From: a virus
Lineage: Duplodnaviria > Caudoviricetes
DNA length: 64,000 bases
Reading direction: 5' to 3' (one strand)
Virus record (IMG/VR): IMGVR_UViG_3300032318_000186
Span: 660 to 64,659 of that record
Positions 29,121 to 39,143 of the stretch are shown piece by piece (positions within the stretch are counted from its first letter, which is position 1; every line of letters begins with the position of its first letter). The notes beneath the pieces were generated by a model. It saw only the letters and a list, made by a program, of their open reading frames with translations. It did no database searches and was not told where the DNA came from. The translations under genes and the position numbers were made by a program.

Positions 29121-30092
29121 TTAACATTGCTTTGTGTCGATTGGTGCCCAGTTTGGGGTTTGGTCGTCTCCAATATCTGTCCAAGTTGCGGTATTGCTAT
29201 TATTTAATGCTGTCCAAGTTACTGTTTGGCTATTACCAATATCTGCCCAAGTTACGGTATTACTATTATTTGCTGTATTCCATGTAACTGTCTGGTCATC
29301 GTTGATTTTAAACCATCCAAGTACACAAGCCAAGTCTAGTATTGTAAAGGTTTCAACGATAGATTGTAGGAAATTAGACTGTTGGGTGCTTAAATCTGCC
29401 AAATCAACGTTTTCTACAAGGGTAGCAGCAAATTGAGCGGTAATAGCCCGTGTATCATCAACGCTAAAGTTTTCGCTAATTGAGAAGGAAAAGATTGAAA
29501 TTATGGTTGCTGCGTCTGCAACAGTAATAGGCTCAGTATGAGATGCCGCAAATTGAGCAGCTATAGAAATAACGTCTTCAACTGTAAGGTTTTCAGTAAT
29601 GCTAGAGGCAAACTGGGCGGTTATTGCCAGTATGTCATTTTCTGTTGTATTTTCAGTAATGCTTTGCAGAAAAGCGTTTTGTTGGGTATTTGAATCCCCT
29701 AAGTTACTATTTTCTGAACGGGTCTGTAAAGACGCAAAATACTGTACGCTAAAATCATCAGGGTTAAAATTCTCTGCTCTACTTACAGCAAATTGAGCAG
29801 CGATTGTAGGGGTGTCTGCAGGAGTAAAGTTTTCAGCTAAACTTTGTAAAAAAGCGCTTTGTTGGGTGCTTGAGTCATCAAGGGTAATTGCTTCTGTAGC
29901 GCTGCCAAAATAGTTAACCCCTGCATTATTTTCTACTTCTGCCACCCTAATTGATTCAGTTATAGACTGTAAAAACGTACAGATTTGGCTACTTGAATCT
30001 TCAGGGTTAAGATTTTCTGAAATAGACAAAGCAAACGCATTTGGACCTAAACTAGCAAACGATACTTGGGAAAAGGTGGATATACCAAACAT
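29121..30092 (-). CDS. Acidic repeat-containing tail/fibre-associated protein
   Basis: Alternating FLQSITEN / AAQF...EN repeats and TVTW repeats. Confidence 0.6.
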   Translation of the reverse strand: MFGISTFSQVSFASLGPNAFALSISENLNPEDSSSQICTFLQSITESIRVAEVENNAGVNYFGSATEAITLDDSSTQQSAFLQSLAENFTPADTPTIAAQFAVSRAENFNPDDFSVQYFASLQTRSENSNLGDSNTQQNAFLQSITENTTENDILAITAQFASSITENLTVEDVISIAAQFAASHTEPITVADAATIISIFSFSISENFSVDDTRAITAQFAATLVENVDLADLSTQQSNFLQSIVETFTILDLACVLGWFKINDDQTVTWNTANNSNTVTWADIGNSQTVTWTALNNSNTATWTDIGDDQTPNWAPIDTKQC

Positions 30093-30095
30093 TTA

Positions 30096-30443
30096 TTAAA
30101 TAGCCAATTCTTTCCAAGAAAGCGTTGCTTCATCCCAATCATATTGTTTGCCGTCATTTGGATAAGGTTTGGGGGCGTTCCAAAGCCATGTAGATTGATC
30201 TAAAACCCAACTTGGGTAAGGTTTTGGCGCATAAAACACATCATTTGCTTGGTCATAGGTATAACCAATACCAGCAAAATTACCCCTTAATGGTGTGTTA
30301 TTTGGATGTTTATTGCCGTAAGTGTTATAAGAAGTTTGAAGCCAAGTGCCAGGAGAAGTATCAATAAAAGTATTAAAAAATTCAGGTTCAGCAACAATAA
30401 CCTGCACCACTTTTCCATCTAAAACTTTTGCAAAATGTCCCAT
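30096..30443 (-). CDS. Conserved fibre-associated protein (possible chaperone)
   Basis: QTSYNT..RGNFAGIGYTYD..PKPYPSW; follows a Gly-rich fibre gene. Confidence 0.65.
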   Translation of the reverse strand: MGHFAKVLDGKVVQVIVAEPEFFNTFIDTSPGTWLQTSYNTYGNKHPNNTPLRGNFAGIGYTYDQANDVFYAPKPYPSWVLDQSTWLWNAPKPYPNDGKQYDWDEATLSWKELAI

Positions 30444-30452
30444 AATGATTCC

Positions 30453-33400
30453 TTATGCTGTGTATGTGCCTGAAGTTGTAAATGTGTGGTAAGTGTAGCC
30501 ACCTGCTGAAGTTACAGTACCGCCAGTACCTTTTTGCGATCCAAGATAGCGAATAATTACCCTTCCTGAACCACCTGCACCGCCAGTACCAGCAGCAGTC
30601 GCTCCACCACCTCCACCACCGCCAGTATTTACTGTTCCAGCAGTACCGCTTGAAACTCCTGAACCGCCATTTCCACCGCCACCTGAACCACCAGTACCAG
30701 CAGTACCTAAACCACCACCGCCACCACCTCCTGCATAAAATGTTCCAAGAGATTGCCAATTGCCTCCATTGCCGCCTGCGCCACCGCTTGTGCTTGTTCC
30801 AGCAATACCTGCATTTAATGCGCCACCACCTCCACCACCGCCATAAGAAGGTGCGCTTGCGTTACCATTAGCACCAGTTTGTCCTTGACCTGAAGTTCCA
30901 GAAGCACCAGAAGAAGTGTTATAAGTTCCACCACCACCTGAACCGCCTGAATTTGCATTTCCACCATCAAAGTTTGCTGAATAACCGCCACCTAAAGCTG
31001 TGTTTAGAGATCCAAATACGCTGTTAGTGCCGTTAGTGCCTGTAGCCCCTGCTACGCCAGCAGCACCAGCACCGCCAGCACCAATAGTAATAGCAAAAGA
31101 ATCTCCGCCTTGTAATACATTATAAGAGTTTACTGCGATGTAGCCACCTGCACCACCACCGCCACCGCCAATACCACCATAACCTGAAGCACCGCCACCG
31201 CCACCAGCTACTACTAAATAATCAATTAGGTAACCAACAACATATTGCACCCACCCACCATTTTGATAAACTTCAAATTGATTTAAAGATGTGTTATATC
31301 TAGTCATACCATCAGCTGGAGATGCTGGGCGTTGAGCCGTAGTACCTACTGGCAAATCAAAATACCCTGTTGATGTATTGTTTTGGTCAGATACAGCAGC
31401 AGGAGTTGGAGTTGCCCAAGAAGGTATACCACCAGCAACAGTTAATACTTGACCAGTAGTACCAATAGCTAATCTAGCCGCTATTGAACCAGAAGTTCTA
31501 TACTCCATATCGCCAGTAGTAGTCATTGGACTTAATGCGTTGTATGCGGCATTAGCTGCTGTTTGCCCTGTGCCGCCATTTGCTATTGCTACTGTTCCTG
31601 TTACATTGGCTGCGTTGCCAGCAATATTTGTTGTCCAAGTTGGACTGCCAGCAGCACCTGATACTAATACTTGCCCTGATGTTCCAGCAGCAGTATATCC
31701 TTGAGCAGAAGTAGATGCACCATAAACAACAGAACCTGCTGTTGGGGCTGTTGTTGTACCTGTACCACCTGAACCTACTACTAATGTTGCAGATAAACCA
31801 GCAGCAGTTCCAGCAGTTGCCGCATTTAAGTTAGCTACTTGAGTAGTAGAAGCTACTGTAAATGGTGCAGTACCAGTAGCTACAGTTGAAGTAACAGTTG
31901 TAAAGCGACCAGTAGAAGCAGTAGTAGCACCAATAGAAGTGTTATTGATCGTGCTTGCAGCAGTTGGGTTAATGGTTAATGCACCAACAGGGCTAATTGT
32001 TACTGTACCTGTACCTGAAGGACTAATTGCTACCGCTAAGTTTGCTGGGCTTAATGTAACTGCGCCAGTTGCGCTAAGAGTAGTAAATGCGCCTGTTGTG
32101 GCTGTTGTAGCACCTACAGTACCGTTAATGTTAATTGACGCAGTACCAGTTAAGTTTGTTACTGTTCCGCTTGATGGTGTTCCTAATGCTGGGGAAACAA
32201 GAGTAGGGCTAGTAGCACGAACTACTGAGCCTGTACCTGTTTCTGTAGCAAATCCATCAATGTCAAAGTCCCAAGAAGCAGCAGTAGTTCCAGTAATTGC
32301 AACGCAAACTACGCTAGCAGTAGTTCCAGCAGTAAGTGTTGCAATCGTGTTAAGGCCTGAAGATTGAATTGTTAAACTGCCTGTACTGTTATTAATTATT
32401 TCAAAAGCCCAGCCTAAAGCTAGTGTGCTTGTAACAGGCAACACTACAGTTTGTGCAAGAGTTCCTGTAAATTCTTGTTGAGTTGTGCTTGTATTGGTAA
32501 GGGTAGTTGTACCAGCCGCAGTAGCAGTAGTAGTCCAACCTCTTAAGTTAGTTAATGCCGCTGGTGCTGTAGTAGCATTTGTACCACCGTTAGCTAATGG
32601 AAGTGTGCCAGAAACGTGAGTAGTTAAACCTACTTTGCCGTAGCTTGGAGCAACACCAACACCACCAGAAATAATTACGTTACCTGTGGCAACATCGGCT
32701 AAAGAAGATAATACGCCAGCAGCAGAAGCATAAAGAATATCACCTACTGTATATGAAGTAATGTTTGTACCACCATTAGCTACAGGTAAAGTGCCACTTA
32801 CATGGGTAGTTAAACCAATCTTGCCATAACTAGGTGCAACACCTACACCGCCAGAAATTAAAGCATTTCCTGTAGCAACGTCAGCTAGTTTAGAAAGGGC
32901 AGTAGTTGTACTTGCGTATAGTAAATCACCAACAGCATAAGAAGATTGTCCTGTGCCGCCATTAGCCGCAACCAAAGTACCAGCAACAGTAATAGCGCCA
33001 GTAGTGGCGGTAGCTGGAGTCAGTCCAGTAGTACCAAAGTTTAATGATGTTACAGCTGCAGTAGTCGGCACAGAACCCCAAGAAGGAGCGCCACTAGTTG
33101 TTGCAATAAGAACTTGACCTGTAGTACCAGCAGCAGTTACTCCTAAAGCGCTTGTGCTATTACCATAAATAACGCCATTTGCTGTAAATGTTGTAGCCGC
33201 AGTACCGCCAGCGGCAATAGGTAAAGTACCAGCCGCTAAAGCAGAGGCAGATGTGGAATAGAGGGCATTATTAGCCGCAGTAAACGTAGTTAAACCTGTA
33301 CCACCATAGCCAGACTGAATTGTGCCGCCCTGCCAAGTACCACCAGATATAACAGTAGAAGCTAAAGCAAGACTGTTTGTACCCCAGTTAGCTGCAGCTG

Positions 33401-34160
33401 GAATAAAAGAATAAGCTCCCCATGTACCAGCAGAAGTTGCAATACTTGTTGCAGCTAATTGAGTAACACCGCCAGATGGAACTAATTCAACCGTAGCCGA
33501 AGCGTTGTCTGTAACAGTTAAAACACCAGAAGAGTTGTTAACAAAAATAAAACTTTGCCCAAGAACTAGTGTTGTGGCGTTAGGTAACTGAAATGTTTGG
33601 GCTAAAGAGCCAATAAGAATTTGTGTTCTTGCAGAAGCTGCCGTTAATGTTGTAGTTCCAGCAGCTGAGGTGACTGCTATAGCGTTAGCGGTAAAGTTGT
33701 TAAAAGTTACGTTTTGATTTGCGTCTCTTAGAACTACAGAGCTTGCGCCAGATGACGTAGTTACGCCCGTTCCACCATAAGCAACACCGATAGTTGTGCC
33801 GTTCCAAACACCAGAAGCAATCGTGCCTAATGGACCTACATTTCCAGAAGCATCAAGGTTTACTGACTTACCTGCAGGGTATGTAACAAATACGTTTGAA
33901 GCGCCAACTAAAGTAATTGGCGATGTGTTTCCACTGGAGTTTGAAAGAACCGTAGTTCTAGCTAATGTAGTTCCAGAAGAGGTGTACGTGCCAATACCTA
34001 CTTCCCACGCAGAGCCATTAACTATGCAATAGAAAGTAGTATTTCCGTTACCTACAACGGCAAACGATTGGTAGCCAGCTACAGCCCCACCTAGGGTTAT
34101 TGTCCCAGTACCAGTGGTAGCTGTAGTTTCCTGAACTCGGTCATAAACTACAAGAGCCAT
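30453..34160 (-). CDS. Long tail fibre with Gly-rich C-terminal domain
   Basis: P[IV]ANGGT repeats; DYLVVAGGGGG...GGSGRVIIRY. Confidence 0.85.
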   Translation of the reverse strand: MALVVYDRVQETTATTGTGTITLGGAVAGYQSFAVVGNGNTTFYCIVNGSAWEVGIGTYTSSGTTLARTTVLSNSSGNTSPITLVGASNVFVTYPAGKSVNLDASGNVGPLGTIASGVWNGTTIGVAYGGTGVTTSSGASSVVLRDANQNVTFNNFTANAIAVTSAAGTTTLTAASARTQILIGSLAQTFQLPNATTLVLGQSFIFVNNSSGVLTVTDNASATVELVPSGGVTQLAATSIATSAGTWGAYSFIPAAANWGTNSLALASTVISGGTWQGGTIQSGYGGTGLTTFTAANNALYSTSASALAAGTLPIAAGGTAATTFTANGVIYGNSTSALGVTAAGTTGQVLIATTSGAPSWGSVPTTAAVTSLNFGTTGLTPATATTGAITVAGTLVAANGGTGQSSYAVGDLLYASTTTALSKLADVATGNALISGGVGVAPSYGKIGLTTHVSGTLPVANGGTNITSYTVGDILYASAAGVLSSLADVATGNVIISGGVGVAPSYGKVGLTTHVSGTLPLANGGTNATTAPAALTNLRGWTTTATAAGTTTLTNTSTTQQEFTGTLAQTVVLPVTSTLALGWAFEIINNSTGSLTIQSSGLNTIATLTAGTTASVVCVAITGTTAASWDFDIDGFATETGTGSVVRATSPTLVSPALGTPSSGTVTNLTGTASININGTVGATTATTGAFTTLSATGAVTLSPANLAVAISPSGTGTVTISPVGALTINPTAASTINNTSIGATTASTGRFTTVTSTVATGTAPFTVASTTQVANLNAATAGTAAGLSATLVVGSGGTGTTTAPTAGSVVYGASTSAQGYTAAGTSGQVLVSGAAGSPTWTTNIAGNAANVTGTVAIANGGTGQTAANAAYNALSPMTTTGDMEYRTSGSIAARLAIGTTGQVLTVAGGIPSWATPTPAAVSDQNNTSTGYFDLPVGTTAQRPASPADGMTRYNTSLNQFEVYQNGGWVQYVVGYLIDYLVVAGGGGGASGYGGIGGGGGGAGGYIAVNSYNVLQGGDSFAITIGAGGAGAAGVAGATGTNGTNSVFGSLNTALGGGYSANFDGGNANSGGSGGGGTYNTSSGASGTSGQGQTGANGNASAPSYGGGGGGGALNAGIAGTSTSGGAGGNGGNWQSLGTFYAGGGGGGGLGTAGTGGSGGGGNGGSGVSSGTAGTVNTGGGGGGGATAAGTGGAGGSGRVIIRYLGSQKGTGGTVTSAGGYTYHTFTTSGTYTA

Positions 34161-34170
34161 TTAGGACTCC

Positions 34171-34782
34171 TTAAGATGTTGCAGTTGTGCTATATGTAAC
34201 GCTTACTGTGTCACCCGCAGTTGTAGTTTTAGCTGTAGTAAAGTTGCCTTCAGAATACAAAACACCAGCCGTGGAGCTTTGTGTACTAACAGCACCAGAA
34301 CCTGTAACCAAGAAACAACCATAAACAGTACCGCCAGCACCAGTAATAGTGTAGGTAATTGCAGTTGCTGTTGAAGTAGTTACGTTAGATGGTGTTGTAC
34401 CAGACGATGAAGAAGCGGCAAATACGGCTGTACCACGAACTGCAGAACCGCCAACTGTGTAGTTAGTAAACTCAGCAGCATTAGTAGTTACCAAAGTAGT
34501 CATGGTATCTGTAGCGGCAGGGGTTAAACTAACCTTAGTAAGACCTAAGAATGGTCCAACAGTAGTGTATGTGCCAGATGTGCGCAATAAGGTATCAAGC
34601 AATAGCTGCTTACCTACGGCAACAACTAGGTTGGGGACTTCTTCAGTCCACTTTAAATTACCCTGTGCGTCACGGCATTCAACGTGGTAATAACCTTCAA
34701 CGCCCATACCTTCGGGAATGTTTACATTGGCTTGTAGTGTGGCTACAGCGTAATCGCCACAGCTTCCTGTTTCTTTGTGCAT
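34171..34782 (-). CDS. Virion structural protein (tail)
   Basis: G.YHVECRD..GNLKW, NLVV..GK, GDTVSVTY. Confidence 0.6.
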   Translation of the reverse strand: MHKETGSCGDYAVATLQANVNIPEGMGVEGYYHVECRDAQGNLKWTEEVPNLVVAVGKQLLLDTLLRTSGTYTTVGPFLGLTKVSLTPAATDTMTTLVTTNAAEFTNYTVGGSAVRGTAVFAASSSSGTTPSNVTTSTATAITYTITGAGGTVYGCFLVTGSGAVSTQSSTAGVLYSEGNFTTAKTTTAGDTVSVTYSTTATS

Positions 34783-34791
34783 AATTGCTCC

Positions 34792-35214
34792 TTAATTAGA
34801 AAAACGAATAATGGCGTCTGATGCAGTATTCGTTGGAAAAGTTATTGTAAATGTGTTTGTTGCTGTTTTATCAGACCCAAAATCTAAAACTGCTACTGCC
34901 GCATTAGTTGTACTATTATAGATTAAAGCCCCTCTAGCAGTAAAACTTGCTGGATTCCAAGTTGTTGTAGCAAAAGACAAATAGGCCGTATAGTCACTAG
35001 TTTGTGGGGGAATGATAGTAAGGGTATTACCACCTACCGTATATCCAGCGCCTGTAATCTCGTTAGTAGTTGTATAAGTTAAGGTTGCGTAAGATAAATC
35101 AGCGTTTGCTGTATAGAGGGCTATCTTGTAAGTATATGGAGTTCCAACAGCAAAGTTTTCTAAAGCACTTAAGCAGTTCTTTTTAAAAATGGTGCATTGT
35201 CCTTGCTGGATCAT
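34792..35214 (-). CDS. Virion structural protein (tail)
   Basis: KIALYT...TARGALIYN...VLDFGSDK. Confidence 0.6.
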   Translation of the reverse strand: MIQQGQCTIFKKNCLSALENFAVGTPYTYKIALYTANADLSYATLTYTTTNEITGAGYTVGGNTLTIIPPQTSDYTAYLSFATTTWNPASFTARGALIYNSTTNAAVAVLDFGSDKTATNTFTITFPTNTASDAIIRFSN

Positions 35215-36140
35215 GGATTAACCTTAATCTTAGCTTGCCCATCACGGTACGCATCGCCACGTTCCAGCCCAGTACCAAGGCGATTGAGCTGCATAAGGGC
35301 TTCGGTATACCTGTCTTCATAGTACTTAACAAGGTCTTGCTCCCCTTTCATAAAAAGCATAGCTTCACGCATAGCGCCATAGAATAAAACCGGGTCGTAG
35401 TTATCGCCAAGCCAGCTAGTGCCAGCAGTGTTATTAACAGCGGCTACAGTTACAGAAAAACCAGCGCCAGTACCACCAATATAAGATGAATCTGTAGTTA
35501 AGCTATCTCCAACAGCATAGAAATTACCGCCATTATTAAGCGTAACCGCAGATACAACTCCTCCCGCTACAGTAATGGTTGCTGTAGCCCCAGTACCCTG
35601 TCCGCCTGTTAGTGGAACGTTAGGGTAAACCCCAGCAGTGTATGATGAACCGCCAGTAGGAGAATTAAACCCAGAAATAGCGCTTTGTACAATAGATACT
35701 GGGTAATAAAAGTAATGAAGCTCTACACTATAACTGGTATCAGGGGTTGGCCCAACAATAAAAGATAACTCATTAGCATTGCTATATTGAGAACCAAATA
35801 ATGCGTAGTATTTAGGTAGCCCGGTAGACGTTGGTTTTGGAAAAGATTCACGAATAAAGTTTACATCTTTATTTAGCAGATAAGTATATGTCTCTGTTGC
35901 TGTACCGTAATCTTCAATAACCGCCATTGAGTAAGTAGATAAATAGTCATCCGGGCAAGATAAATACTTATTACTAGCCGTTAGCGCACCCGTTACGTTT
36001 TTGCGTAACGATGGAATTTGAACCGAGTTATATACACGATCTTCAGCTTCTTGAACAAAGCGTGGAATATTAGATACAAATAATGACTCTGTATTCTCAG
36101 AATAGTCCTGTATTGCTTGGTACAGTTGTACGTAGTTCAT
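35211..36140 (-). CDS. Neck/tail adaptor-like protein with inserted Gly/Thr-rich domain
   Basis: MNYVQL..AIQDY, G.PKYYA, GPTPD.SY.VELHY. Confidence 0.6.
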   Translation of the reverse strand: MNYVQLYQAIQDYSENTESLFVSNIPRFVQEAEDRVYNSVQIPSLRKNVTGALTASNKYLSCPDDYLSTYSMAVIEDYGTATETYTYLLNKDVNFIRESFPKPTSTGLPKYYALFGSQYSNANELSFIVGPTPDTSYSVELHYFYYPVSIVQSAISGFNSPTGGSSYTAGVYPNVPLTGGQGTGATATITVAGGVVSAVTLNNGGNFYAVGDSLTTDSSYIGGTGAGFSVTVAAVNNTAGTSWLGDNYDPVLFYGAMREAMLFMKGEQDLVKYYEDRYTEALMQLNRLGTGLERGDAYRDGQAKIKVNP

Positions 36141-36337
36141 TATGCAGGTTTAATATCTTCTGGTTTAACGTCTTCTACCGGCGCTTCTTCTTGAGGAATC
36201 TGCACCTGTGCTTGACCACGAATCTTAGCCATTAACATAAAAGCATTAGTTTTGGTAGGCAATTCGCCAAGAGCAGCTAGGATGCCTTCTATTTCTTCTA
36301 GTGTTAATGCTAAATTAATAGGTAGTTGTGGGTTCAT
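36140..36337 (-). CDS. Small acidic protein
   Basis: ORF with overlapping start/stop. Confidence 0.65.
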   Translation of the reverse strand: MNPQLPINLALTLEEIEGILAALGELPTKTNAFMLMAKIRGQAQVQIPQEEAPVEDVKPEDIKPA

Positions 36338-36342
36338 GTAAT

Positions 36343-36636
36343 TTATCCCATTTTCCCACTAATTTTACGACCTTTAGTAGCAGCACCATAGCCACGCATT
36401 ACACCAACACCATATGGGTTTACGCTTTTGTAGTTACCTTTGCTAATACCGCCAACAGACATATTTAATACATCCGTTTGTGGACCGTTAACTTTTGGGT
36501 TTTTAGTTACTGCAGCTTCCATAGCAGCTACGCCCGTACCGTTTTTAACGTAGGCACTAGCATCTTTGTTTTCTTTAGCATTACCTAAAGGGTACTTGCC
36601 AGCTGGAGTTACTTTAACTTTTTTCTCGATAGCCAT
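36343..36636 (-). CDS. Small basic protein
   Basis: RGYGAATKG C-terminus. Confidence 0.65.
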   Translation of the reverse strand: MAIEKKVKVTPAGKYPLGNAKENKDASAYVKNGTGVAAMEAAVTKNPKVNGPQTDVLNMSVGGISKGNYKSVNPYGVGVMRGYGAATKGRKISGKMG

Positions 36637-36644
36637 AATTAACC

Positions 36645-36824
36645 TTATTTTTGGTTGTTAGCACGAGCCATATTGCGTCCTACTGCACGCATAGCTTTGC
36701 CTGTTACGCCCAAAGTCTTTTTGCCGCCGCTTTGTACGCCGGCTGTTGGGCCTGAATCACCAAGGTTCTTACCCTTAGTTTTACCTTTTTTCTCAATGCC
36801 GCTAGCACCTGATTTAAATGACAT
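36645..36824 (-). CDS. Small basic protein (59 aa, MSFKSGASGIEKKGKTKGKNLG...)
   Basis: Read by hand. AGGAG RBS; fills the gap and is absent from the ORF track. Confidence 0.7.
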   Translation of the reverse strand: MSFKSGASGIEKKGKTKGKNLGDSGPTAGVQSGGKKTLGVTGKAMRAVGRNMARANNQK

Positions 36825-36833
36825 AATTTACTC

Positions 36834-37262
36834 CTAAGTTGTTGATATTGTTACTGTACCTACTTGCCCTACTGCAATCAAATAATTTGGCGTTAATACC
36901 GTGTCAAAAGAACTTGCTCCACCAACAGGCTGCCAGCCCCATTGAAACACTCTACTACCACCCTCGGGGTATCCAAACTGATTTATAGCGTTACCATTAG
37001 TATCAACAGTTTGCAAACCACTATTACCAGACATTTGATAGCTTACATCAGGTCTTGGTTCCCGTACAGCTTGAGGGTCGTTTACTGGATATAAACCAAG
37101 AGACAACTGCGGTTGATCTGGATCCCAGCAAGCCGGACATACCTTAATCTGATACAACTTAGTCTTAATGACTTCCTTCTTTAATTGCTTAAGCATGTAC
37201 CGCTGAGCACATCTATCACACTCTGCAATTGCATATTTACCCGAAGCATATTTACTAGGCAT
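36834..37262 (-). CDS. Zn-finger protein (CxxC...CxxC)
   Basis: ECDRCAQRY...VCPACWDPDQPQL. Confidence 0.7.
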   Translation of the reverse strand: MPSKYASGKYAIAECDRCAQRYMLKQLKKEVIKTKLYQIKVCPACWDPDQPQLSLGLYPVNDPQAVREPRPDVSYQMSGNSGLQTVDTNGNAINQFGYPEGGSRVFQWGWQPVGGASSFDTVLTPNYLIAVGQVGTVTISTT

Positions 37263-37270
37263 AATTTACC

Positions 37271-38218
37271 TTAATAAAACAACTGTCGTGGCACAAATCT
37301 AGAAGCCGCTTTCTCTCTATCCTCATCAGCGGCTAATTGCCATTGTTGTTCGTATTCTGCTTTTAACATTGGAATACGATTAGGGTCTACATCTGGTATT
37401 TTAATGCTTAGATTATAAGCTAATCCAGCTACTAAAGCAGTTACAAGCCGGAATGGAATGTCTTGTATATTCATACCATCACCAGCGTCTTGAAGGCGGC
37501 GTAAGCGATAGTACACAAAGGTGTATTGGCTGCCAGGGGAATTAGGGGTAGGCCAAACGTTAATGCAAGGTAAATTATTTGCATATACTGAATCCCCAGC
37601 GCTATGTAAAGCGGCAACTGTACCATTCTGCCCACGCCAAGCATTAAGGATTTGATTTCCTACAATGTTTTGATACCCAATAGTCTCAAGCACACCACTT
37701 GTGGTGATATTTACAAAACCTTGGGTAGGTAGAGTTGAGGCGTTTGTAAGCGTTATAGTTGTATCTGTAGCGGATATGGGGTATCCAACAGCAATAGTAG
37801 TATTTGCAACCTCGGCGGTATTCCCCGTTTGGCGGTTTATATATACCTGAATAGGGCGCCCATTAGCGTTTTTGTTAGGAATAGAGAGATAAGTAGGCTC
37901 TGCAATACGGGTAATATTAATGTCAATCTGGTTGTTGCCTTGACCATTATTAGTACGAATTACGTGGTCTAACAAGTCAATAGTATCTACAGGCAGAGGG
38001 TAGATAGCCTGTTCTGTATTCATTAGAATTTGGCCTTGTTCTACACACCATAGATTAATACCTCTATTAGCCCACTCAATAGAAAGCAGGTTGAGACTTC
38101 GCCGCGCCGTGCGCAAGTCATAACCAGTACGTAGCTCTTTTCCGCAACGCTCAAATGCCTCTTCAACTAAGTCGTTAAGGTCTAGGTTAAATTGACTTAA
38201 TCCTGATGTACTAGCCAT
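37271..38218 (-). CDS. Head-tail adaptor (P22 gp4 / T7 gp11-like)
   Basis: EEAFERCG, ARRSLNLL..EWANRG.NLW, WP.P, ALVAGLAY. Confidence 0.65.
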   Translation of the reverse strand: MASTSGLSQFNLDLNDLVEEAFERCGKELRTGYDLRTARRSLNLLSIEWANRGINLWCVEQGQILMNTEQAIYPLPVDTIDLLDHVIRTNNGQGNNQIDINITRIAEPTYLSIPNKNANGRPIQVYINRQTGNTAEVANTTIAVGYPISATDTTITLTNASTLPTQGFVNITTSGVLETIGYQNIVGNQILNAWRGQNGTVAALHSAGDSVYANNLPCINVWPTPNSPGSQYTFVYYRLRRLQDAGDGMNIQDIPFRLVTALVAGLAYNLSIKIPDVDPNRIPMLKAEYEQQWQLAADEDREKAASRFVPRQLFY

Positions 38219-38351
38219 TTGGCTCCCACGCTATTCCAAGTCTTACGATTAATAAATCTATAACAAAAAAATTACTCTCGCCGTCTTCTACTATCTCAAA
38301 TCCAAGACTAAAGCCTTTAATTAAATGTAGAAATACTGCCCAATTACTCAC
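38211..38351 (-). CDS. Small hydrophobic protein (46 aa, GTG start)
   Basis: Read by hand; overlaps both neighbours and fills the gap. Confidence 0.55.
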   Translation of the reverse strand: MSNWAVFLHLIKGFSLGFEIVEDGESNFFVIDLLIVRLGIAWEPNG

Positions 38352-38602
38352 TTACCAGCCTCTCGATAAGGTTTTACTTTTTGTTTAATACTTTTAGGCT
38401 GCGCTACAAACTGCTTACCAGCCGCCTTACCTGCTCTTTTTGCTCTTGTAGTAGCAGCATACTCCTGTGGGCTTAAGGCTTTAATTGCCTTCTCTGGCAG
38501 ATATCGCTCACCTGTTTCAGAAGATTTCTTACCTGATTTGGTTGTCCACTTTTGGTCGCCCCAAGCTTTTAAAGATTGCTGTGACTTTGCCAACCCACTC
38601 AT
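38348..38602 (-). CDS. Small basic protein, DUF5872 C-half-like
   Basis: QKWTTKSG...GERYLPEKAIKALS. Confidence 0.65.
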   Translation of the reverse strand: MSGLAKSQQSLKAWGDQKWTTKSGKKSSETGERYLPEKAIKALSPQEYAATTRAKRAGKAAGKQFVAQPKSIKQKVKPYREAGK

Positions 38603-38871
38603 TTATACCCACCGCCAGCTGCTTTGTACTTCTTAGCTACTAGCTGCGCTTTACGTGCTGACCATTGACCTGCGCCAGTACCATGTGTTGCAGCAGATTT
38701 AACTTGAGAGACAATCTTCTTACGCAAAGTAGGTTTTGTGTAGTTACCCGCAGCATTAACTTTACCCCCATCAGCATACTGAGTAAAATCAGTATCATCC
38801 CTACGAGGCTTTTTAACCCCTTTAGGCATTTTAGAAGGAGCTATATTGCCCATACCCCGGCTGCCTCTCAT
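38599..38871 (-). CDS. Small basic protein, DUF5872 N-half-like
   Basis: NYTKPTLRKKI...GQWSARKAQLVAKKYKAAGGGY. Confidence 0.7.
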   Translation of the reverse strand: MRGSRGMGNIAPSKMPKGVKKPRRDDTDFTQYADGGKVNAAGNYTKPTLRKKIVSQVKSAATHGTGAGQWSARKAQLVAKKYKAAGGGYK

Positions 38872-39140
38872 GCTCTTGTCTTTCCACGAATAGCACAGCC
38901 ATCAGCACGGGCAGAAGCAGAAGAAACTTTACCGCCAGACTTCATACCCAGCATTTTTAGCCCTTTACTCATATTGTCAAGCATTTTTTCTTTAGTGTTA
39001 GGCTCTTTATCCTTAGCTTTCATTTCTTCTTGGCGTTTTTTAAGGTCGGCTTCATAGTTAGCGTAACCTTTTTGATTCTCTTTGGTTACGGCATCATTCA
39101 TAATGTTGCCTTCTGAGTCTTGTTGAAGTGGCTTAGCCAT
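38868..39140 (-). CDS. Small basic protein
   Basis: MKSGGKV...RADGCAIRGKT. Confidence 0.65.
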   Translation of the reverse strand: MAKPLQQDSEGNIMNDAVTKENQKGYANYEADLKKRQEEMKAKDKEPNTKEKMLDNMSKGLKMLGMKSGGKVSSASARADGCAIRGKTRA

Positions 39141-39143
39141 GAT

